From contig NC_134472.1 of NCBI RefSeq assembly GCF_964194025.1, positions 34,162,001 to 34,226,000 on the forward strand: a DNA stretch of 64,000 bases, read 5' to 3'. The notes under the pieces were generated by a model. That model did no database searches. It saw nothing but the letters and a program-made list of their open reading frames with translations, and had not been told where the DNA came from. Position numbers and translations under genes: made by a program. This document shows, piece by piece, positions 14,101 through 26,250 of the stretch (the stretch's first letter is position 1; each line of letters opens with the position of its first letter). The DNA comes from Convolutriloba macropyga. Lineage: Eukaryota.

Positions 14101-17100
14101 AGATTTTAATTTTTGCAATTTTTTCAAGTCTTTTGAAAATTTTTGTCATTTTTTGAGTTTTTGCAGCTTCAAGGGCCAGGCAATCTCCTTTAAAGTTTGA
14201 AAATAAGGCACTGCATAGTTTTAGTAACAATGGATTGGTCTTCTATATTTAATTGTCTCGAATTTTAGCTTTTTTTGATAAAAAAATTTTTCATAAGGTT
14301 TTCTAAAGTTTTTGTCAATTTTTGATATTTGTCCAATTTCAAGAGCTACAAAAACTATTCTACGGTCTGATAAAAAACAACTTCATGGTTGCTAGTTTCA
14401 AAGGATTTATTTTCAACAATTTAACTGTTCGAATTTTGAAATTGTTCTGATAAAATCTGCAATTTTTTCAAGGTTTCCTCAAGTTTTTGTCATTTTTTTA
14501 TTTTTGTCCATTCTCAAGTGCCAGAAAATCTATTCCATGGTCTGATTAAAAAAAAAAATTTAATGCATGGTTGTTAGTTTCAGTGGATTTGTTTTCATCA
14601 ATTTAACTATTTGGATTTTGAGAAAATACTCTGATAAAATTTGCAATTTTCTTCGAACTTTTTCAAAACATTTGTTTTATTCAGTTTTTCTTGCCTCAGT
14701 AGCAAGATAACTTCATCCAGGAATTGATAGTTTTATATTAATTAGTTGCTAGGGGGCCATTGATTGGTTTTCAATATTTTAATAGAACGAATTTCTATTT
14801 TTTGAAATTTGAAATTTTTTCTGAAAACTGTTACCTATCGATCTTTGAGCCAGAGAATTTTTAGGACTTGGAATTGGGTTACTGGATAGCCTCTAGAGGC
14901 ACAAAAATGATTCTGAAAAAATTAATATCTCAATTTTCAGCAACATTTCTTTAAAAAATGCCACTAATTTTTTTTAAAAGGACCTTGAAGATCGTCATTT
15001 TTGAGTTGATCGATCTTCAAGGGCCAATGAAGTTTTTTTCAGGTCTTGCAGATATAATATTGGATCAATTTGAGAAACAAAGATAGATTTTGAACATATT
15101 TTGAATTAAATATATTTAAAGGGATCAAATTTTGCCTTAGATGTAAAACCTTAGGAGTTTTGCATTAAACATTTGTGTTCGGGACGCCATTTTGGCTTTT
15201 TACGTCAATTGCGTGACTTACATCACTAAAAAAGTGACTTCTGAACTCACTTATGGAACTTTAAATTTTATGAACATTTACTAATTAAAGGTCAATAGTA
15301 TGCATCTAAGTATTGCCAAACTTATTTTCCCTAATTCTTGAGTGATAGAGTCTTGAGTTTTAACATCGATTATTAATTTTGAAAAAATTTCACCAAGGTT
15401 TTTTCATTGTAGAGAGTATTTGTCGCATAAAATTGAGAGTCCGAATCTAACCAAAAAGTCTAGTGGTCCATTAAAATGCTGGTGGTCAATCTGTTAAACT
15501 TATTTCTTTAGTTATTTCAATTCATGGCAGGTCACAACTTCTATCGTGGCTATTTTCCGGCAATCTGCCGCTTATGTTATTGGTTCAATGTCCTTGAAAA
15601 TGTTTTTACAATTATTTGGTACCATCGAGCAAAGATTTTGTTTAATTAAACTTAGGTTAAAATTTTCAAAAATTAATGAAGGCATTTTGCGAGACAAAAT
15701 TACTAGTTGTGACCATTTTTCGAGCTATATGTTTTTGTACTACAAACACAATCAAGCAAACTGATATTAATTTTTGCAATTTTTCAAGTTTTTTGAAAAT
15801 TTTTTATCATTTTTTGAGTTTTTCTAGCTTCAGTGGCCAGGGAATCTCCATTAATGTTTGATAATCAGGCACTGCATAGTTTCTAGTGACAATGGATTGG
15901 TCTTCTCTTCTATATTTGATTGTCTCGAAATTTAGCTTTTTTTGATGAATTCTGCAATTTTTTTAAGGCTTCCTAAAGTTTTTGTCAATTTTTGATATTT
16001 GTCCATTCTCAAGAGCCAGAAAATTTTATCCACGGTGTGATAAAATTCTAATGCATGGTTGTTAGTTTCAATCGATTTGTTTTCAACAATTTAACCATTC
16101 GAATTTTGCAAATGTTCTGATAAAGTTTGCAATTTTTTCAAATTTTTTTTAAAACTTTTGTCTTATTCTGTTTTTCTTGCCTCAGTAGCAAGATTACCTC
16201 ATCCAGGGTTCAATAGTTTTTTATTAAATAGTTGCCAGGGGCAATTGAATGGTTTTCAGTATTTTAATAGAAAGAATTTTTATTTTTTGAAATGTGAAAT
16301 ATTTTCTGAAAATTGTTTCTAAAAAAATCTTTGAAACAATGAATTTTTAAGACCTGGAATTGGTTACTGGATAGCCTCTAGAGGCACAGAAATGATTCTG
16401 AAGATAATAATATCACAATTTTCATCAATTTTTCTTCAAAAATTTACAATTTAATTCATTTTTTTAAGGCCCTTGAAGATCGTCATTTTTGCATTGATCG
16501 ATCTTCAAGGGCCAATGAAGTTTTTTTCAGATATAATACTGGACCAATTTGAGCAACAAAAATTGGTTTTGAAATAATCTTAATTAAAGGGATCAAATTT
16601 TACCTTAGAGGTAAAACCTTAGGAGTTTTAGCAATGAAAATTGTTTCCGTGCAGCCAAATACCCAACACTGTTGCCCCCACACCCCTCCCATCGCCTCCT
16701 GCACGGTGCGCTCACCTCACGCCCCTTCAATTAAGCTAAAGCTAGCCTTACTAAAACGTGGCTAGCTGCTGACGAATCCAACTGCTCGCCGGTCTTTTGA
16801 GCAATTCGCGGACGTTAGTCGGTTGTGTTAAAATATGTTTATTAAAACAAATTAAATGGCAATTGCCAAGCTGTTGATAGTTTGATAATCAGTTTCTCCT
16901 CTTTATGTCGCACCTGAAAAAAATTTAAAAAAGATAATTTGCAACAAAAGTTTTTATCAGACTTTTTCGACTCTAAGGTAGTCAAGCCCAATATTTTCAC
17001 AAAAATTGGCATTTCGTTCCAATTTTCATAGTTTTTTTGTAATTTTGAAGTACTCTGCAAAAAAATGAAAAAATGCGATTTTTGATATACTCATTTGCAC

Positions 17101-20100
17101 TAACACGTTGATGCAGTGTTCAGCAATACTTTCAATTGCAGTATTTTGTGAAATGTAAACTTCAAGCAAGCATTTTTCTGTTTTCCTATATTCCTCACCC
17201 GAATACTAGCATCCTCAATTTTTTGCTCGAAGAGCGTGTTTCTGATAAATCCCAGTAGAGAAAAATTGGTTGCCATCAGTTTTGTTTATCAAACAAAAAC
17301 TGATTTTTGTGGCGATAACTTGATCAGTGCGACCTCAAAATTCATATATACTTAGTAAAATAGGAGTCGTGAAATATCTTCTTGGCAGATGTTTCAATCT
17401 AATTTATTATAATTTTTGTTCGAATTCTAAAAATATAAATGCGCTGCGACAATTTGCGTTAAAACAGTAATCATTTTTTTAAATAGTTTTGTTCATTATT
17501 TATCTGCTCTAAAATTTGCTATTTTAAGATGCATTTTAAAATGTTTTAGTTATTTCAATGGTTATACAAGAACGATTTGAAAAATATACGATTTATCTGT
17601 CTTTGGACAGTCATTCACAACGAAGTTGCCTCTTTTCGGAAAAAATTAGATACATTTTTGGTCTGTTTTAACGTCTTTCAGGAAAGAGTAATTACAAAAT
17701 GATCACTTGTTTCTGTTGCTCCAATGTACGTTTTTAAAATATTAAATATTTCTCCATTCAGGGATAAAAATTAGTCCCCGGCTATTACAATGAAACCTTT
17801 AGCTTCTAAAATCTAAATCTTCCTACTAGAAGTAAATACGCAGCAATTACTTTTTCGTTTTTTTATTTGTTTATTATTTGCTATCGAGCAACCACATCTG
17901 TGCTGCAAATCATTAAAGACAGGTTTCGCCTTCCCTGTTCATACTGTTCTGGCACTGACTGTCACTCCAGACAACTTGCCTCCCCTGTTCGCATGTGGTC
18001 CAGCTCTGGATAAGTTCTACCTTGCTTTTTCGGGAATACTGCATGGTGGCTGTGTCATGTGCAATTTTGCCCTCTTCAAATGTCTCCCAGCTGTATACGC
18101 CATGACACTCAAGGTTTGTTGGACTCTTTATGGCTCTTAGGTACTTTTTTTATTGGTTAGTCCATATCATGGTCAAATTAAATTAAAGACCGAACAGAAT
18201 TTTGTAACTATTTTAATCAACAAGTCGTTTTAATGTATAATTGGGATCGAAATTGGTCATTTCACAAATCCACTATCCGCTTAGCTACTCTGCATTAAAA
18301 TTGGTTGTGTCAACACAATGGTCACTGTTGAGGTCTCCATTTAACCAAATTAAGAGCTCAACTGGTGATGGTCAAAAAAGGGACTAAAATTGCAGTCGAC
18401 GGTCAAGTTCCTTGTGAAAGCTAAGCAAAATTTTTTCATTGATCATGTAACAGATGTTCTCTTATCAATGCCATACAGTTGGTATCTCATGAATCAATCA
18501 CTCAATTTCTCAGAAAGTCTCAGAAAAGGTAACAGCTGCTCTCCCGTTGGTGTGTGACGAAGTAAGCGGTAATCCTCTCAATCCGTTTCAGCGATATCAA
18601 ATCTGTTCGGATATTACGTTTTTGCAATTAGATTTTGTCAACTGTATCATCCACTGTACTGCAGATTATTTTTGCATTACCTGATATTCAATTAGTCTCA
18701 ATAACCAATTGTTAAGCTTTGCTGACTATATAAACTTGCTTTGCTCAGAGTACTAAAATAATTCCGAACTGCAGCCATCAAACTTCGCTTGAGTTTTTCT
18801 TTAATAAGTCAAGTCATACTTTGAAATAAAACAATCCGGAGTGTCCAGCTCTTGATAAACGTCTTAGCTATAGGATAGGGCAATTAATTTCTCCGATTTG
18901 TTACTATCTTCCGAGACCTCCTCCCGAGAAACAAATTTAAGAAAAGTAATAAAATCCCCACTCGAAAACTCAATAGCACATTAAGTGAAATTATAATAGA
19001 TTTCGTTAAAGCCAGTAAGAGAAACTAACTCTGTACTTCGAACACAGCTTCTCCCCCCCCCCTTAGTAACCTAACTTTTCAGCAAAAAATTTTGGGAATA
19101 TCACTTTCATTTCTCTTTTCTTGAAGTCAAATTTAATTCAACTGTACGGTTATTAAGATGATTAACAGAAACAAATCAAAGTGACCAACCATTAACAAAA
19201 AAAGTTGTGCTTTAAGACTTAATGTATGTCAGTTTAATAGAACAACATTTGTGAGTCGCAACTGACTTTTCGTAGTTTTTCAAGACCTTTATATACTGTT
19301 AGTCACGAGGTTTTAATTGTCAAAGTTGCACCATTGATTGACTGTAGATCAGGATGTAGACAGAATATGAGCAATTTTCCACAATGTCACTTTTCAACGG
19401 TAATTTGACCTCATAGGAAGGTTACTAGCTGTGTGAAAAACATGTCAAATGTTTTTATATCAACATCTGTGTTATTGCTAATTAATAGTAAAAAAACCTG
19501 ATGCGTTACTAATGTATATTTCGTAGCAATTTGAAAAAAATTGATTTGCTGAAGCAGCTCGGGTTTCATTTCTTATATGACCTTCACTTACTTAAGTAAG
19601 TGGACATTTGTGAACAATTCAATTTGGCTCTAATTGAATGTTGAGCTCTGTTTTGCGACTTATGCTACTTGAGTCTGAAATTTTTGATTTCGAATATTAA
19701 TTTTGAAGAAGTTTTATTAGGCATTTTTCGTTATAGCGCGTATGTGTCACATTAAAATGAGAGTCCCAATCTAACCAGAAAGTCTAGTGCTCCATTAAAA
19801 AGCTGGTGGTCGACCTGTCAATCTTATTTCCTTAGTTGTTTCAATTCATGACAGGCCACAAACGTCTATCGCGGCTATTTTCCGGCAATCTGCCGGCTAT
19901 TTTTATGGTTTAATATCCTTGAAAGTGTTTTTACAATTATTTTGTACCCTCAAGCAAAGTTTTTTTGTTTGATTAGTGTAAGATTGAAATCTCTAAAAGT
20001 TGACGAAGGCCTTTTGCGAGACAAAACTACATGTTTTGGTACTGCAAACACAAACAAGAAAAATGTTACCAAACGCAGCTTCAAGTCAAACAAAATACAG

Positions 20101-23100
20101 AGAATGGTTAAGTCACTTTAGGGTTTTCAGAAACATTTAACTCCAATCTCGTAAAAGGTTTTTTCTTCGAAATTTTGCATTAAATGTTGTAGGGCTGCAA
20201 CAATTTTGAAGATGCTTAAACACTGTTTCCCGGTAAGCTTTGTTCATGTGCCTTTCTCAAAGTTGGAGTCGCGAAATTGTTTGAATCGTTAAAATGCAAT
20301 TGTCAGAAATTTGCTTTAGAAAATGGAGCCCCATGTCACATTTGTTTGGTTCGAGTGCTTAAGACAAATGGTAAAAGATAAGTTTTCGTGGTATTGCTGT
20401 GCTTCTATGTGGGAATACCGACTTCATATTTTTGAGAAGTGCGCATAAAGTTGTGCCGGTGACAGTCATGCAAAGATATTTCCAATTTAAGGCTTTGTAG
20501 TTTAAAGAACTTGAGTTTTTGCTTGAACTGATTTTCAATTATGAAAACCATTTTTTGCGCCCAGCACCCGTATGTGATAACTTCCCTTTGATATTTTGCA
20601 CCTAATTGAAATCTATGGAGCTCAACTCACAAAGGGCTCGATTCTTTTTATTTGTGATCCTCACACAAACACATATATCTCCCTTATATATGACACTTTT
20701 TTTAACCCACTATCAGATACACTAATTGAAATCCTTAACGGAGTATAGTCAGCAATACAAACCTCGGATAGAGAAAGTGTATTTAGAAAATCCTCTTTTG
20801 AATTTTTTAAACGTCTACCAACTACACTTAACACAGCTGCTTTACAATCACGAAAAGAACACGTACATGAAATCACTCGACAAGAAATAGAAAGCTTCAC
20901 TCATCTTCTTAAAATTTACATAAGTTCCGTAAAAAACGCGGATTTAAACGAAGAAGAGATTCTCGATTCTCTTACACTTCTAGCCTGGTATATACAGATT
21001 TTGGAAAAGTCTGTTAAGATATATTTTTCCTGCTACAAAACTAATAGCTGAAACGTATCCAGAATTAATAACTAAACCACCAGAAACCTTACATTATTTT
21101 TATGATCCTAACTGGTTTCCACCGAACCTTCGGAAACTATACAAAACTTTTCTATCAATCATAATAATATCGAAATAATAAACTATAACGCAGAAAACCA
21201 ACCATTTACCTGTACAGACACTCCAGAAAACAGAAATATGTCTCTTGAAGCGTCACCGATAGAAAATCTAGACACTATAGTCCACTCACAACCTACAGAT
21301 ACTCATATTAATGAAACTAAAGAAACCATTTGACTTTAACTCAACATTACTAGATGATGGAACACTCTTTTCATCACACACAGTAATTACCTTAATTGAA
21401 TTCAAAGATCATGGTCAAATTACCACTAGAAAAAAATACTACTACTGCTAATGAAACTACTAATAACACAAATATTTAGCAAGATCAACAACACAGGCAA
21501 ACTGCGTAATCGACTGAGTTGACACAAAATTCAGATCCATTAAACACAACTCTACCTACATTACCAATTGTAAACGCAGCTTTGCCACGCTTACAGTGAC
21601 CTAACTCCGTAATTTTAACACTGATCCTCTTTTTTTATATAATTCAACACAAACAACACTGACAAATAATCAAAATATTCAAATAACTCAACAACAATTA
21701 GTAAATATCGTTAGACAACTTAATTCACAAAATACGCAACAAACAACAAATGCTCCAACCCCTTATTACCTACAGGCGGCATCAACACAAACACCGTCAC
21801 CTGTAGTTTGTTAAAGTACACAAATGATGTATCCATATTTAGGAGGATCAGTGCCCATGCAACGGTCTTTAATACCATTTGATGATACTGATCCTTTTTA
21901 TACAACAGAAAATTTCTTAAATGCTATCACAGCAAATATGGTAATGACAGCAGGACCAGAGCAGATTGATTCACCGTATCATGAATCTTGGATCCTAAAA
22001 CGAATTACCATGATACAAACGGCCCTAATTGCTCCGGCACAACCATGGTACTCACATTTACCACTAAAAATAAAAAAGAACTGGCAATCGCTTTGAGTGA
22101 ATTTCAAAAGACATTCGATAATCAGCAGTCGCAAAAACAAGTGAAACTATTATTAGAAAGCATAACACGTGCTTCTGGTGTACAAATAAAAACACTAGCG
22201 CTCAGAATTGAACAATTGACGCGAAAAGCATATGTTATTAACGCTCCAGATATGCGTAATTCACAAATGAATGACGCACTCGTCAAAGCACTCGACCCAC
22301 TATTAGCCAGAATACCTCCTTAAAAGATTGCACAAATCCACTGCGTTGAAACTAGAGTTTCCTATTGCACAAATAGTAGAAAAAATATATCAAACAGATA
22401 TCACAAGAACACACATAGATAGGGACTTACTAAGCAAGTATTAAATTTAACGAATAAATTGAGTAGGGAAAGTAGCTCACGCAGTAGCTAAAACACAGTA
22501 GCTAAATGGATTTCCACCAGAAGGTAAGCTGGTAAATCCGACTCGTCCAAACCCTGTAGTAGATGGAAATAAAAAGAAATCTCCTTGTTCAAACCAAACA
22601 GAGACTACGGACTATAAGCGATCCTCCAACTGGGAACAAATCCTCACTACATGACAGTGAAGAGCAGTTGGGTACTCTAAACAGGACCGACATTACTGGC
22701 CAGCACACCCTGTAACTGGCACCCTCACTGGTTCTACAATCAGACACAACCCTCACTGACGACACTAGTCACTACTTCACAAACAAGGACTCCAGACGAC
22801 GGCCCAAGTCACAATGCCACTTCAGAGAGAACACAACTCTTTTCCCACTATTCAACGAGGACGACACATCCAGAGTATTTCTGCTACAGTTCACAAATTC
22901 GGATTGAAAACTCTTAACCCCGGGTGGATGTAGCAGTAGAAATACTGGATATATACCGTCATCCAATCAGAGACTGAGAAGACACTATTCTCTTTTATAA
23001 AGAGAGAACTCTACTAACTATAGTCCGTCTAATAGAGTAGTTGCACGATGTGCGTATCTCTGACTGGGTGTTATTCTTTATAACCACCGTTATAATTGAA

Positions 23101-23921
23101 ATATATCTTCAGTGTTCTACTGAGTCGGTTAGTCTGAGATATATAGGTAAGCCTACTTCGCGCGCAGAAATAAGTAGCCCTAGCTCTTTATACCTTAAGG
23201 CTGTAAAAGGAGCCCACAACGGTTCTGCCTTACTCGCATTCAACCTTTCTCTGGAAAATATCTTTGCTAAGTTGTTGTCTGTTGGTTTATTTGCTGTGCA
23301 ATTATGAGTTATTAGACTTTCACTTTTTTGCTTATTTGGTTTTTCAGTTTTCTTTTGTTTGCAGTTGATTTGATTTGAACCCCGCTTGTTGTTCGAGAGT
23401 AGTTTATGTACCTAATTTAATAACCTCTGGTAATTTTTAAATTTAAAAAGTCCGTTTGAGAATTTTGACCCCTTTAACAGTGCCTCTTCCCTGTTCTCAT
23501 CTAGTCCTATCTCCCCAAACTCTCATCAAGGCCAGTCCCCTTCCTAGTCTAACCCCCTTCCTCTTTTCCTATTTATAAACACCCCCCCCCCTATCCCCCA
23601 CCTGTCTCTTATTTTTATAGATCAAAAACATACAAGTACCTACTAAATAGTGAAAACGTGTTTCAGGCTCTGTCGAGTGTCTTTTCATACATTCTGCAAA
23701 TAAGTTTCAAAATGGAGCCCACAATATCGTGGCTGTCTTTGATGGGCAGTATGCTTATTGTAGCCTCAGTGATTGCCAAAGTGGTCTACCTACAGTGCAA
23801 GATTGACTCCAGCGCGGGTCAGTATGAGGGAACAGCCGAGGATGAAGGTGGAAGGGACGGCAGGAAATATAGGAACAATGCTGACATAAGCCATATAGAA
23901 TACACGTGTTTTGTAAAGTAA
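4915..23921 (+). CDS. EamA-repeat (DMT superfamily) membrane transporter, SLC35G-like; 5 exons: 4915-5101, 8484-8675, 13144-13377, 17923-18113, 23667-23921 (1059 nt, 352 aa)
   Basis: Five hydrophobic exons join in frame through GT-AG introns (phases 1,1,1,0). Motifs resemble SLC35G: GIFAAL...LLVKL; MEFADSFAI...LAWILLRE; GILLIARPKFLFG...GIVYALVSA; LKALSSVFSYILQI...SWLSLMGSMLIV. Length fits a roughly 10-TM, two-EamA protein. Confidence 0.8.
8484..8675 (+). CDS. SLC35G-like exon 2
   Basis: Part of ORF 8474..8935; weak acceptor gattgaag|, donor G|GTAAAT. Confidence 0.72.
8959..9300 (+). repeat. 81-bp tandem repeat, about 4.2 copies
   Basis: GGCCAGACCGAACAGA unit starts at 8959, 9040, 9121, 9202 and 9283. 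Confidence 0.9.
9603..9930 (+). repeat. 32-bp tandem repeat (GGTATTGGCCAGACCGAACAGACCGAAATATG), about 10 copies
   Basis: Directly visible 32-nt periodicity starting at 9603 and 9635. Confidence 0.9.
10679..12970 (+). mobile_element. Non-autonomous Helentron/DINE-1-like element with both ends present
   Basis: 5' AATAGCCGC (10682) with adjacent inverted partner GAGGCTATT; 3' GCGGCTATT (12937) followed by hairpin CTGGCA-ATC-TGTCAG and CCATGTTT; T-runs at both flanks and no TSD. Confidence 0.7.
13144..13377 (+). CDS. SLC35G-like exon 3
   Basis: Part of ORF 13137..13400 with LIARPKFLFG; acceptor ttttttgaaag|, donor G|GTCGGT. Confidence 0.82.
13672..15578 (+). mobile_element. Non-autonomous Helentron/DINE-1-like element, second structural variant
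   Basis: 5' AATAGCCAC...GCGGTTATT (13676-13707); 3' GTGGCTATT plus hairpin CGGCA-ATC-TGCCG (15546-15570); interior is reverse-complementary to 34860-35230 and 35850-36715. Confidence 0.65.
15600..16630 (+). repeat. About 1-kb diverged direct duplicate of 13960-15165, including a GGCCCTTGAAGATCG...CGATCTTCAAGGGCC hairpin
   Basis: Colinear shared strings (ggcactgcatagtt, cttgcctcagtagcaagat, ttactggatagcctctagaggcaca, gtaaaaccttaggagtttt); hairpins at about 14981-15025 and 16468-16513. Confidence 0.85.
17923..18113 (+). CDS. SLC35G-like exon 4 (GFAFPVHTVLALTV...KFYLAFSGILHGGCVMCNFALFKCLPAVYAMTLK); absent from the ORF track
   Basis: 191-nt GC-richer open segment between gacag| and AAG|GTTTGT; its phases fit both neighbouring exons. 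Confidence 0.78.
19640..20060 (+). mobile_element. 3' fragment of the Helentron-like family
   Basis: GCGGCTATT (19871) plus perfect hairpin CCGGCA-ATC-TGCCGG (19882-19896); colinear with 15350-15760. Confidence 0.7.
20640..22430 (+). mobile_element. Decayed Ty3/gypsy-type gag region in transporter intron 4
   Basis: Frameshifted ORFs 21824..22096 and 21988..22323 join to give a retrotransposon capsid pattern: QTALIAPAQPWYSHLPLKIKKNW..SEFQKTFD...IKTLALRIEQLTRKAY...ALVKAL; A/C-rich strand bias. Confidence 0.65.
22680..23234 (+). mobile_element. 3' region, PPT-like tract and 3' LTR (22929-about 23234) of an LTR retrotransposon
   Basis: Homologous to 57295-57817; CTTAACCCCGGGTGGA|TGTAGCAG start, CCAATCAG and TATAAA inside, degenerate CTGCCTTAC end. 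Confidence 0.7.
23667..23921 (+). CDS. SLC35G-like exon 5 to the TAA stop
   Basis: Part of ORF 23658..23921; acceptor gtgtttcag|GCT; two TM helices followed by a charged tail. Confidence 0.8.
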   Translation, partial: ALSSVFSYILQISFKMEPTISWLSLMGSMLIVASVIAKVVYLQCKIDSSAGQYEGTAEDEGGRDGRKYRNNADISHIEYTCFVK

Positions 23922-24289
23922 TCTCAATGTCTTCTCATAATACTGCCCTAAAGATTTTCAACAAGAGCGAACAGTCAAAGATGTTCACATATACAAGAGT
24001 AAACATCAACACGGTCAACTTTCGAGACTGATGAGTGCATGACATTTGCTCAGGAATATATACTAACTTTGTAAAAACATGAAAATTATTTTTGTTACAA
24101 ATTGTCAAGAGATTTCATTATTTCCCGAAGTTTGTCAATAGTCGTGCAATGGGAAAAAATTTAAATGACAATTAAATCAAACATCAAATTGGAGTGATAT
24201 ACCGTTATCTACGCAGTAATTATTAGCTGCGTAGATTGCAAGATAGTTTTTGCTATTCAAAAGAGTTCAAGAGTTCAATTCATTTAGCC

Positions 24290-24800
24290 TGATTGCAATA
24301 CAAATTTTAAAGCACAAACATATTCTCGAATATATTTATCAAGGCAAGGACAACCAGCGAACTTAAGTAGTTCATTCAAGTGGATGCCCTAGTTAACTAA
24401 TTCACAGTTTGGCTAGCTAAAAAAGGTTTTTGTAGTTCCATATTTCTAGCTATATAGTTCGTGTGGAAGTTCCTAACAAACAATTTAAAGTCCTTTTTGG
24501 ACAATTCTCTGATATTTGATGGGATAAGATTATTTTTAACTGAGAGGTTTTGCGCAATTATTGATCTGTTTGCCAGTGAAAATTTCTTTGCAACTGTTGT
24601 CGTTTTTAGTTGTTCTATGTGGCCAATAATTTCATTGCGTGTTCTTGTCAATGTTGACTTTTATTAAAGAAACTGCCTTTGCGATACATTCGAAAGACAT
24701 GTGTGAACAATTCAAAGAAACAGAGGTCACAAACAGTGTCTATTTGGAACTATCTCAAACTTGGTCGTGTTTATGACGATAAAAAATTGATTTCAAAATT
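24290..24800 (-). mobile_element. 3' end remnant of a LINE ORF2
   Basis: ORF 24397..24651 (TRTR...LKTT...FSLANRS...NLIPSNIRELSKKDFK) resembles the CR1/L2-type ORF2 C-terminus. Confidence 0.5.
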
Positions 24801-25719
24801 CGCTTTTGGGACACCAAAAATTTCATTCCAGCTTAATTTATAACAACCTCCTTACACCAAAATACCGTAGGAAATACTGGATTTTACTTAAAAGACTGAA
24901 TTTAGTTGAGGGGATGTGTTTTTTTTACAACTCGAAGACGAGTAACGGTGGTCAATTATCAAAAATAGTACTCGTAGATGAGGGTTGGGTAAGCGTATTT
25001 TATTTTTAACCGATAATTTTGTTAGAGTGTATTTAAACAGAGAATTCGGCTCGTAAAAGTTTATGTCTAAATATTCTGCAAAACAAATAAGGAGCAGAGA
25101 GAAGATGAAGAAGAAGATGAAGAAGCGAAACTCTGTTGGTGGCAGTTTTTCTACCAATTGTTTCTCAGTTACATCATATTTTGCTTTGCGGGCGATTTTT
25201 TGTTCTCATGTGACACTTTAAAAGGAGAATCCTTCTTTTCTGTTTGTGGAATGTTTCAACTCTCCTGCAAGACAAGTTTGATTGTGCTGTAATGGTGTTT
25301 TTTTTATCATGCTCAGTAGTCAGTAACTGCATTTTAAATGTTGTGCTGATTTTAACCCATTTTCAACAGCGCTCGGACTAAAATTTTTTTTGTTTTCTAA
25401 CTTATTGAGTGGCAAATATATGTGAATTTTAATGGTGCTTATTGATGAATTTTTGTTAGTTTTGGCAACGTTCTCTGGAAACTTTAGAAAGATTCTTTTG
25501 GAAACATGAAAGATTCTATGGAAACATTAGCACTCTACTTTGATACAACTAGTCTAAATCTTCACATCAAACACAGATTTCATTGTTTTCTTTTCAAAAT
25601 GTCCAAAATTTAATTAACCAACACATGCTCTCTAAATGTTTCTGGCAAAAAAAATGACAATAAAAAGAGCAGTGAAATACTTATGAGTTTTTTTTCCACA
25701 GAAAGCTAAATTTCTAAGA

Positions 25720-26250
25720 CGAAGTGAACAACGTATTGAGAAAAATGGAGTCTGGAATAAGAGCAGTTTGTGCAATCGAGAGCTCTTTCCCAGTTCATAC
25801 AAGAAGTGCAACTTGTGAATTGAACTTGTAACTTGAGAATGCGCTAGTTGTCAGTCATTTCCACTATAGTGCTGTCCTATTGAGTAGAATAAAAAGCTTT
25901 TTTCTGATTTCACTTGAGAAACAATTAAACTGGACGATAAAGTCTTGATTCAAGAGAAAAAAGTGTGACAAATCTCATAAGCTAAAATTACAGTACGAAG
26001 CACCTCGGTGTCAATACTTTTTGAGATTAAAAGTAGCCTCCTACTTGCACAAAGTTTTATCGAATAGAGCTCCAGCTATAGAAAAACTGGATTTCTACAC
26101 TGCGGTGCCAAAAAATCAAAAGAACAAATTTCCTCCATTTCGACATCTAATACAAACCACATTAGCTTAGGAACTGCTTTCTTGCCAGAGTTATAGAATC
26201 TTTAAATGAGTTGTTCATATCTAATTCAATTAGTATCAACCATAAAATTC
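25720..26250 (+). mobile_element. Decayed LINE post-RT fragment
   Basis: Manual translation gives NALVVSHFHYSAVLL...ISLEKQLNWTIKS, resembling the ALVxSHLxY region downstream of LINE RT. Confidence 0.5.
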
